A DNA stretch of 64,000 nt, taken from positions 1 to 64,000 of the forward strand of contig CAYUTF010000001.1 of NCBI GenBank assembly GCA_964447495.1. Direction: 5' to 3'. Shown piece after piece: positions 1 through 7,653 of this stretch (position 1 is the stretch's first letter; each line of letters begins with the position of its first letter). Under the pieces are notes generated by a model, which saw only the letters and a program-made list of their open reading frames with translations, did no database searches and had not been told where the DNA came from. The stretch is from an uncultured archaeon. GTDB lineage: Archaea > Asgardarchaeota > Lokiarchaeia > Sigyniarchaeales > SOKP01. Made by a program: the position numbers and the translations under genes.

Positions 1-492
1 GAAAAGAAATTGCTCACCATTAGGTTTGAGAAATCGGAATATATAATAACTGGCTCTTTGCTGGGCTTTATTGGTTCTTAATTGTTGTTCAAAGATTTTC
101 GGATGAGGCGCATTTAGAATGATTAGTTTTTTGATCAAATTAGGATACTTTTCCGCTAATGCCCATGCCACAACTCCACCCCAGTCATGGCCTGCGATAT
201 ATGGCGCTCTCAAATCCAATTCCTCAATTAATCCTTTAATATCATTTATTAAATGTTCCATTTTATACTTTTGAGTGCCTTTTGGCTTATCTGATAAATT
301 AAACCCTCTCATATCTGGAATAATCAGTTTAAACTCCTTCTTTAGCCCGGGAATAAGATTTTTCCATCCATACCAAAAATCTGGAAATCCATGAAGGAGA
401 ATTAACGGTTTTCCCTCTCCTACTAAGTTTGTATGGAGTGAAATTTTATTTACTTTAATATATTCCTCTTCAATTTCATTTAATATTTCCAT
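1..492 (-). CDS. Alpha/beta hydrolase, epoxide-hydrolase-like (runs off the window edge)
   Basis: Manual translation from ATG at 492: MEILNEIEEEYIKVNKISLHTNLVGEGKPLILLHGFPDFWYGW...PDMRGFNLSDKP...GHDWGG. Contains the HGFP oxyanion motif and the GHDWG nucleophile motif. Not in the ORF track. Confidence 0.9.
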   Translation of the reverse strand, partial: MEILNEIEEEYIKVNKISLHTNLVGEGKPLILLHGFPDFWYGWKNLIPGLKKEFKLIIPDMRGFNLSDKPKGTQKYKMEHLINDIKGLIEELDLRAPYIAGHDWGGVVAWALAEKYPNLIKKLIILNAPHPKIFEQQLRTNKAQQRASYYIFRFLKPNGEQFLF

Positions 493-657
493 GAGTTATG
501 ACTCATTTTCATAAGTATTAAATAATTGGGCTATAATTCAAAATGTTGCGCAAAAATTAGCTTTTGACAATACAATTGGAGACATCATTCATGGTTATGA
601 AGTTGAGGAAATCTTATCAAGAGATTTCAATTAAGTATAGTAGAAATAGTTAAGTCA

Positions 658-2313
658 TTATTTTATTAAGATTTTAGTCAATAATTGTTCTATATCTGAA
701 TGTGAAGCTTTAACATCTTGACCGCCTTTCCTAAGATAGAATTCTTTGTTAAATTGGATTGGTCTTTCAAGATTAAAATCCCTTATAATAATAATAATAA
801 CCTCTAAATCATTTTCAATATTGGCATAACCTTTCAGATTGATACTTTTAACAACGTAACAAGAATCGGGACATGGATCAAGATGAGATTTTGTTAATCT
901 ATTGACAGTAAACTGAAAATCTGAAGCAGTTTTTAATTTCGATATTTCTAACATTGTATCTAAATCGATTATTCTTTCTTCAATTTTAAAAATTTCTGGT
1001 ATATCCTTCAAGTCCCTAATTCCAAATACTATATATGATTCGGTCTTAGTTAATATGTACCTATTACAAAAAGCAGAAATTGTTTTTGCTATTTCATCTT
1101 TGTTTTTCAAACAGTATTTAAATTCTATGTTGTCTAATTCATCAATTTTTTGTTTCAGCTGATGAACTAAAAATCTCTTGATTCGGAAATCAGGATCACT
1201 TTTCTCCAAAAAATCAATCTTGATTCTTAAAATTCTCTCATTTTCTATAACTTCAATGAATCTTTGGGCATTTGCTATCTCGTTTTGATTTTTAAGCTTT
1301 TTAAATTCGTATGCTAAATTTAGATATTTATAAATAGTATTATCTGCTTTAAATATCTCTAAAATTTCATTTTGAATTGATTCATCGAAATAATTAAATG
1401 ATTGGACTTCAGTTGATAAAAGGTATTCAAGATTTTTACTTAAAATTTGACTGTTGACAATTAGTCTTACATTTTTGAAAAATAATTTACCCGTTTTATT
1501 AACTATAAGAGGATCTATGTCATTTATCTTAACTCTGGGAAAATCTAATCCATACTTGCGATTCAATACTTCAATTTCTTGATACCATATTTTTTTAGCG
1601 ATGATACTTGCAAAAGCAACAGGTACATAACTTTCTCCTTTTGGTATCTGCTTGATATCAATAAACTCATTTTCTGAAAGGTTTTTTAACCTCTCATCAA
1701 CTTTGTTAATATCAAACTTATCTATAATTATTAAAATTCTCTTTTTAATCTCTATACCTTTAAGAATATCTAGGATAGCTCTCTGGTGTTGCCAAGCGAT
1801 CAAATCATTATAATTTTTGCCCTCTTTTGTAAAATCTTCCCATAATTTATTTAAACTACCAGGTTTTGTTATAACTGTCTTTCTTCTATAATTAATCTGT
1901 CTTGCTTTATCAAATAGTTGAAATATCTGATTTCTATTTAGGCTCTTACTATCTCTAACCCCTAAGAGTTGCAACTTTGAAATTTGTTGCTTAGTTAAAC
2001 ATACAGCTGCTGTTATTAAAGGTCCGTACCATTCTCCCTTACCAACCTCATCAGAACCAATGATTAAATCATAATTTTCAAATATCTCATCTAAATTAGT
2101 ATCTACCACTTTGTCGATAAGCGCTTGAAATCTTTGGCTATTTTCAAGTAGAATTGTTCTACTTTTATATACAACTAGAAGTTCAGTATCCTTCTTAAAC
2201 CTGATAAGTTCATGGATTGTATTACCAGCATAGTTCTCTACTGTAATATTTATCTGACTTAATTCATTAAGAAATGATTTAAATTGTTTCTCATCAAGTT
2301 TAATAGACGTCAT
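658..2313 (-). CDS. RNase HIII/HII-family nuclease fused to a C-terminal Schlafen/AlbA_2 domain
   Basis: RNase H motifs GSDEVGKGEWYGP, VRDSK, IIIDKF and PVAFASIIAK. N-terminal VVYKSRTI resembles the RNase HIII TBP-like domain. C-terminal ELDNIEFK, IAKTISAFCN, YIVFGIRD and FYLRKG are Schlafen-core motifs. Confidence 0.8.
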   Translation of the reverse strand: MTSIKLDEKQFKSFLNELSQINITVENYAGNTIHELIRFKKDTELLVVYKSRTILLENSQRFQALIDKVVDTNLDEIFENYDLIIGSDEVGKGEWYGPLITAAVCLTKQQISKLQLLGVRDSKSLNRNQIFQLFDKARQINYRRKTVITKPGSLNKLWEDFTKEGKNYNDLIAWQHQRAILDILKGIEIKKRILIIIDKFDINKVDERLKNLSENEFIDIKQIPKGESYVPVAFASIIAKKIWYQEIEVLNRKYGLDFPRVKINDIDPLIVNKTGKLFFKNVRLIVNSQILSKNLEYLLSTEVQSFNYFDESIQNEILEIFKADNTIYKYLNLAYEFKKLKNQNEIANAQRFIEVIENERILRIKIDFLEKSDPDFRIKRFLVHQLKQKIDELDNIEFKYCLKNKDEIAKTISAFCNRYILTKTESYIVFGIRDLKDIPEIFKIEERIIDLDTMLEISKLKTASDFQFTVNRLTKSHLDPCPDSCYVVKSINLKGYANIENDLEVIIIIIRDFNLERPIQFNKEFYLRKGGQDVKASHSDIEQLLTKILIK

Positions 2314-2320
2314 TTTTGTG

Positions 2321-2743
2321 TCATTTTTGAGTAATTATATATTTAGTTGTAAATTCGATAAATTCTCCTTCAATATGTTTTAAGAGATTCTTAAGTAAAC
2401 GGAATTCTCCTCCAAAAAAAGATTTCTGGTGTGATCGAACTTCATTTCTCCCTTTTACAGAAAAAACCAAATCTGTTTGTTTCTTTTCGAAACCTATCCA
2501 AAAATCCTTTTTTTGTTCTTGATACTTATGAATTATTTTCGTGTTTCCTTTTCCAGCTTCTAAAACCTCGTTGATATCACAAATTTCCTTAGGATTTAAT
2601 TTAATATTCAAGCCTTCTTTATAAGTTTCCCAATTTTTATTTATCTCCTGAATAAAATTAAGATAAAAATCTCCAGTTTCGTAATTTGAGTTTATAATTA
2701 ATGCACATTTATTGCCAAAAAAAGATTGATAATGTTTTTCCAT
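2321..2743 (-). CDS. Hypothetical protein, putative Whirly/PC4-fold single-stranded nucleic-acid-binding protein
   Basis: 140 aa with two beta-rich/helix units. Motifs FFGNKCAL, W..., IKLNPKEICDI, IIHK and GEFRLL resemble Whirly domains by eye. Ends 7 nt upstream of the RNase H-Schlafen start. Confidence 0.5.
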   Translation of the reverse strand: MEKHYQSFFGNKCALIINSNYETGDFYLNFIQEINKNWETYKEGLNIKLNPKEICDINEVLEAGKGNTKIIHKYQEQKKDFWIGFEKKQTDLVFSVKGRNEVRSHQKSFFGGEFRLLKNLLKHIEGEFIEFTTKYIITQK

Positions 2744-2864
2744 GATAAAATCACGTTTAAATCGTTACATTTCGTGATTATAACTTTATATTTATAACTT
2801 TGTATTTTACTTTTTTTTTTGAAGTAAAACACAGAGTTTAAATATTTAAATATTTAATTATTAT

Positions 2865-3212
2865 ATGGAAGAAATGAATGTTGAACAAGAAAATTTTATA
2901 AAAGATCTTGTAGAAAACTCAAAAAAAATTAATTCAAAAGCCATATCGTTAACAAGGTGCATTTTATTATCACTAATGAACTTCAATAGGGATGGGCTTC
3001 AATTCAGAGAGTTAAAGGCTGTTTTAGATATATCAGATGGTAAATTAAAATCGAATCTTGATTTTCTAGAGGGAGTTGGATATATTAAAAAAGTACAAAT
3101 TCAACTTGATCAGAAGAAAATGCATATATATCTCATAACTAATAGTGGTGAAAGTGAATTAAATAATATCTTAGATTGGGTTAAAATTTTAGTAAGTATG
3201 AGGGGGGAATAA
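2865..3212 (+). CDS. Winged-helix transcriptional regulator (ArsR/MarR-like)
   Basis: RCILLSLM...LQFRELKAVLDISDGKLKSNLDFLEGVGYI...YLITNSG; first gene of a tight 3-gene operon. Confidence 0.85.
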   Translation: MEEMNVEQENFIKDLVENSKKINSKAISLTRCILLSLMNFNRDGLQFRELKAVLDISDGKLKSNLDFLEGVGYIKKVQIQLDQKKMHIYLITNSGESELNNILDWVKILVSMRGE

Positions 3213-3213
3213 A

Positions 3214-3780
3214 ATGAATGAAGTGAATTCTAATTTTCAAAAAGTAATAGCTATCCTAAAACAGTTAAATTTGGAACTTGAAGACCCAAAAAAACAGAAA
3301 AATTTTCAGACAAGGTTAGTAATTCAAAAAATTGTTTTCTTAAGTGAAAAAATGGGAATAAACTTAGGGAATTATATATATAGTCTATATAGGAATGGTC
3401 CTTATTCGTCTCAACTAACTGCTGATTACTATGAACATAATGAGTTGGTAACAACATTAGAAACTCCAGTTCAATTAAATAGTGAAGAAACAGAAATTGT
3501 AGAAAAATTAAGAGAGATAGTTTTAAATCATCCATTAAGCAATTCCCATCAAGCAGATTTTCTTGAAGCTGTGTCTACTGCTTATCACTTCAAGATTTAT
3601 AATAATGATATATTAGATGACGAACTTTTTGAAAAAGTAAAACACGAGAAGAAGTATATCAATGAAACAACCATAACTATTGCTATTAATCAATTAAAAA
3701 AGTTACTTTTCAAACCTAAATATCTTACAGATGAAATCAAAAAAGAATTAAAAATGTGGGATAATATTGGCAATGAATAA
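3214..3780 (+). CDS. YwgA/SocA(Panacea)-like putative antitoxin
   Basis: RLVIQKIVFL...YSLYRNGPYSSQL motif (LQKxxY/F and GPYS) and LEAVST. 1-nt gap to the HTH gene and directly upstream of a MazF gene. Confidence 0.65.
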   Translation: MNEVNSNFQKVIAILKQLNLELEDPKKQKNFQTRLVIQKIVFLSEKMGINLGNYIYSLYRNGPYSSQLTADYYEHNELVTTLETPVQLNSEETEIVEKLREIVLNHPLSNSHQADFLEAVSTAYHFKIYNNDILDDELFEKVKHEKKYINETTITIAINQLKKLLFKPKYLTDEIKKELKMWDNIGNE

Positions 3781-3791
3781 ATAATAGTACG

Positions 3792-4160
3792 ATGACTGAT
3801 AAGAGATATGCAAGGATTAAAGCTGGAGAGATATGGTGGGTAGATTTATCTAGCATACTTGAAGATACTAGAGGTCATGAAACTCAAAAATTACGTCCAT
3901 GCTTAGTAGTTGCGAATTGTTCAGAAGCAGAAATGTTAATGATAATACCATTTCAATCAAATTTGGATGCCAAACGACTACCTCATACTTATATAATTAA
4001 GCAACATCCAAATAACGGATTAAAAAGGGATTCAGTAGTAATGGGTTTTCAAATGCGGGCAATCGACTATGAGAGAATTACGGAGTACAGTGGTACAGTT
4101 AATTATACTGATTTAAATAGGATTAGAATTATTATTAAGAATTATTTAAATATAAAATAA
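3792..4160 (+). CDS. mazF: PemK/MazF-family endoribonuclease toxin
   Basis: GEIWWVDL...GHETQKLRPCLVV...NGLKRDSVVMGFQMRAIDYER signature. Confidence 0.9.
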   Translation: MTDKRYARIKAGEIWWVDLSSILEDTRGHETQKLRPCLVVANCSEAEMLMIIPFQSNLDAKRLPHTYIIKQHPNNGLKRDSVVMGFQMRAIDYERITEYSGTVNYTDLNRIRIIIKNYLNIK

Positions 4161-4446
4161 GAAGTCGGAGAAAGCTCTCCTCAATTTGAACTAATGTACT
4201 GAGTTATCAAATTTAGTTAAATTTATTTGGGTAATTTTTTATTAAATCCTTTTTCAATGAATTTTCATGGAAATCAGACTCTGAATTTACCTTTCCCGTA
4301 GTTCAGTGGTATTAAAAATTGTAGTAAATAAAACGAATAATATGCATATAGCTTTCTTGATGAAAATCAGTAACCCTAAATTAATAAAGCTTGAAAATAA
4401 TAAATAATTATAGAAAATACGTTAAATTATTAAAAAATCCTTACAT

Positions 4447-4656
4447 TTACTCAAAATACTCATTGAATGATTCTTCAAAATCATCAATACTACTATTATT
4501 AAGCTCAGCGAATTTATAACGTCCACGAGGCAATTTATCTTTCTTATTTAGATGTCGTCTTAGCGCGCTCTCAAAGTCACTTGCACTTAAACTTTTTTCC
4601 TCTGCGAACTTTATCTCGCCAAAATGCTTTAAGTATTCTGGATCGGTTTTATTCAT
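4447..4656 (-). CDS. Small hypothetical protein (69 aa)
   Basis: ORF with an upstream AAAGGTG ribosome-binding-like site and an acidic/aromatic C-terminus (DDFEESFNEYFE). Confidence 0.55.
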   Translation of the reverse strand: MNKTDPEYLKHFGEIKFAEEKSLSASDFESALRRHLNKKDKLPRGRYKFAELNNSSIDDFEESFNEYFE

Positions 4657-5020
4657 TCGTTTTACACCTTTTTTCGTTTATATTTTTTTTGTTCAAATAA
4701 TCATTTGTTAAAACAAATAATGGATAGTCGAATATATAAATCTTTTCATACCGAAAAAAGTATCAAAAAAGGGTAAAAAAATGGGAATCTTAGCCCATAT
4801 TCAATACCGATTATTGTCGGTTTTTCTTGTTTTACCAATATTTTATAAATTAATGTCGAAACAGTATCGAAATATTCCTTTTTGAAAACTATAATTTAAC
4901 AAAGCCAAAAACCTTTCATAAATACTGGAAAGATAGTATTAAATAGAAGGATAAAAAATAATAACAAAAAGACTAAAGGAAGAATTTCATAATATTTAGA
5001 AAGATGGAGGTTTTGGAATA

Positions 5021-5953
5021 ATGAAACGAAAGGTTGATGATAAAACCTACTTAAATTATTTACTGCAATCCTTGAATGTTACAGAATTGAAAGAAGTATG
5101 CAAGACTTTTGCGATAAAGGGATATTCTGGCTTAAAGAAAGCAGAATTAATTGATTTTATCCTTGATTCGCTCGCTGAGGAGGAGATTAAAGAGCTTATT
5201 GATCAAAAGGAGTTAGAAATTATTGGTAGTTCTATTGATCTTGCTATAAAGAAGATAAATGGAGAAGATCGAGAGAAGTTAGATGCCATTAAAATTGTTA
5301 ATGAAAAAAACCATGATATCGAACTTAACTTCAAAGGATTCAATTGGGAGAGTTCAATTTTCTTATCCATTAATCCTAAGAACATAGATAACCCAGAAAG
5401 GGATTGTGATTGTAGAATAGGGGAGAATATGGGTTTTTGTAGCCATTTTTGGACAGGATTTATTTTCTCGTTAAAACAAGGCTATTTTAAGCTATCTGAT
5501 TGGACTTTAACGAAATTACCAAAGGATTTTGAGCAGAAAGTAAATTCAATAAAAATTAGTTTACCAACAACCACAGGAGAAAAAAGTTCTGAGATTAAGA
5601 TGGTAGATGAGAGCTCTCCGAATTATAAACTAATGAAATATCATCGAGTTACCGTATATGAAGGGGAGATTACAGAAGCATTAAAAAAAGAATCAGATTT
5701 TCAGGGAAATATTAGCATTTACTATTTGATAAATCTTAAAGATGTAAAGGTGGGTCCGCAATTAAAAAAACCTTCTGATTACAAGGAGGAGGAAATACTT
5801 TCATTAGAGAGTTTGAGACTTAGATTGAGCGATAATGCGTATGATAAATCTAAAATAGATATTGGAGATAAGATAAAATGTAATGGTGGAGTTGATCAAG
5901 ATAGATTTTTAGGATTAATCTTGAAAAGGGTTACTTCTGTGAAAAAACTATAA
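5021..5953 (+). CDS. Hypothetical nucleic-acid-binding protein: Rho-N/SAP-like helix-extension-helix, SWIM-type Zn finger and possible OB fold
   Basis: LNVTELKEVCKTFAIKGYSGLKKAELIDFI; CDC-x8-CSH; beta-rich C-terminus; GGAGG SD upstream. Confidence 0.65.
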   Translation: MKRKVDDKTYLNYLLQSLNVTELKEVCKTFAIKGYSGLKKAELIDFILDSLAEEEIKELIDQKELEIIGSSIDLAIKKINGEDREKLDAIKIVNEKNHDIELNFKGFNWESSIFLSINPKNIDNPERDCDCRIGENMGFCSHFWTGFIFSLKQGYFKLSDWTLTKLPKDFEQKVNSIKISLPTTTGEKSSEIKMVDESSPNYKLMKYHRVTVYEGEITEALKKESDFQGNISIYYLINLKDVKVGPQLKKPSDYKEEEILSLESLRLRLSDNAYDKSKIDIGDKIKCNGGVDQDRFLGLILKRVTSVKKL

Positions 5954-6035
5954 CAAAATCTAGCGTATTTTAATTTATACATTCTTATTTAATAGTAAGG
6001 AAGAATTATATCTATTTTTTAGAAGGTGAGTTAAA

Positions 6036-7457
6036 ATTAATTATGATTATTCACTCCTCACTGATTTTTATGAGCTCACGATGGCAAATGGTTATTTGAA
6101 GAAGGGGATCGCTCATGATAAAGCGGTTTTTGACCTCTACTTTCGAAAAGCTCCATTTAATGGTGTGTATGCGATTTGTTACGGTTTAAGTAAAGCAATA
6201 AGAGATATTCATGATATGAAATTTTCAGAGGGATCAATCAAATATCTCCAAACACAAGGTTTATTTTCAGATGAGTTTTTTGAATATTTATCCCATTTTA
6301 AGCCAGAATTATCTATTCAATCAATTGAGGAGGGCAGAGTCATATTTCCCAATGAAACTATTGCTCAAATTGAAGGTCCTTTAATCCAGTGCCAATTAAT
6401 TGAAACTTATCTTTTAAATTGTTTTAACTTCCCGACACTTTGCGCCACGAAAGCGAACCGTATGTGGTTAACTTCGGGAAAACAACCAATACTTGAGTTT
6501 GGTTTAAGAAGATCTCAAGGTCCAAATGGAGGGATCACTGCTAGCGAAGCTGCTATGGTAGGAGGGTGTGTAGGTACCTCAAATGTCTTAGCAGGAAAAT
6601 TGTTTGATATACAGATAAGTGGTACTCAAGCACATTCATGGATTATGGCATTTAATTCAGAGTTGGAAGCATTTCGAGCTTATGCTGAAATTTATCCTAA
6701 AAATTGTATATTACTCATCGATACATATGATACAATTGAAGGATGCAAGAATGCGGTTATAGTAGGAAAAGAATTAGAAGATAAGGGAGAAAAATTGGTT
6801 GGTGTACGCATAGATTCAGGTGATCTTGCCTATTTCAGTCAAGAGGTTAGAAAAATCTTAGATAAAGCAGGACTCGGTTATGTAAAAGTCGTTGCATCGA
6901 ATGATGTTGATGAATATATTATTGCCGAAATTCAGAGAAATAAAGGAACTGTTGATATGTGGGGCATTGGAACGAAATTAGCTACTTGTTACGATGATCC
7001 TGCCCTTGGAGGTGTGTATAAACTGGTAGAAATAAATGATGAGCCGAAGATTAAAATTTCAAGTAATGTGGATAAAATGACGATTCCATCCAAGAAGCAA
7101 GTCTATAGGATTTATAATGGTGATGGATTCATGACGGGAGATATAATAGAATTGAGAGAAAAAGAGGGTTTAGAAGAAGGATATGTCTATGATCCCACCA
7201 ATCCAATGAGGTTTTATAAGGTAAAAAGTCCTGCGAAAGTTGAACCCTTACTCCACTTGAGAATGAAAGAAGGAAAGATTGTAAGTGAACTAAAGGATTG
7301 GCGAAAAGCAAGGGAAACCATGGAAAAAGACATCAATTATTTAGCAGATGCCTCAAAAAGACTATTAAATCCCCAGAACTATAGAGTGAGTATAAGTCAA
7401 TCAATTCATGATCTTCGAACACAATTAATTGAAACCTATATGCATAAGGAAAAATAA
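6036..7457 (+). CDS. pncB: Nicotinate phosphoribosyltransferase
   Basis: LLTDFYELTM (upstream of the ORF-track ATG at 6081), EFGLRR, GTSNV, GTQAHS, LLIDTYD, GVRIDSGD, GIGT and GGVYKLV. Start is inferred at ATT 6036 behind a GGTGA SD. Confidence 0.92.
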   Translation: MNYDYSLLTDFYELTMANGYLKKGIAHDKAVFDLYFRKAPFNGVYAICYGLSKAIRDIHDMKFSEGSIKYLQTQGLFSDEFFEYLSHFKPELSIQSIEEGRVIFPNETIAQIEGPLIQCQLIETYLLNCFNFPTLCATKANRMWLTSGKQPILEFGLRRSQGPNGGITASEAAMVGGCVGTSNVLAGKLFDIQISGTQAHSWIMAFNSELEAFRAYAEIYPKNCILLIDTYDTIEGCKNAVIVGKELEDKGEKLVGVRIDSGDLAYFSQEVRKILDKAGLGYVKVVASNDVDEYIIAEIQRNKGTVDMWGIGTKLATCYDDPALGGVYKLVEINDEPKIKISSNVDKMTIPSKKQVYRIYNGDGFMTGDIIELREKEGLEEGYVYDPTNPMRFYKVKSPAKVEPLLHLRMKEGKIVSELKDWRKARETMEKDINYLADASKRLLNPQNYRVSISQSIHDLRTQLIETYMHKEK

Positions 7458-7653
7458 TACAATTTTGTAGAAGAATCCTTTTTCTATTTCATTATATTCA
7501 GGATAAGGTGACAAATATTCCCCCTTTATTAGAGAAGCGGGCTAAAAACCTCCATTTACTATGTTTTTGAAATATTCTTAACATAATGGGATTAATTAAC
7601 TTTTTAACATTGTGTTCGTTTCTTCATAAAAAAAAATATTTTTAGAGATAATA

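Noticed and set aside
515-634. 39-codon open stretch on the + strand (…NVAQKLAFDNTIGDIIHGYEVEEILSRDFN*), a possible gene remnant at the islet edge
   Set aside because: No start codon and no recognisable homology; it could be chance.
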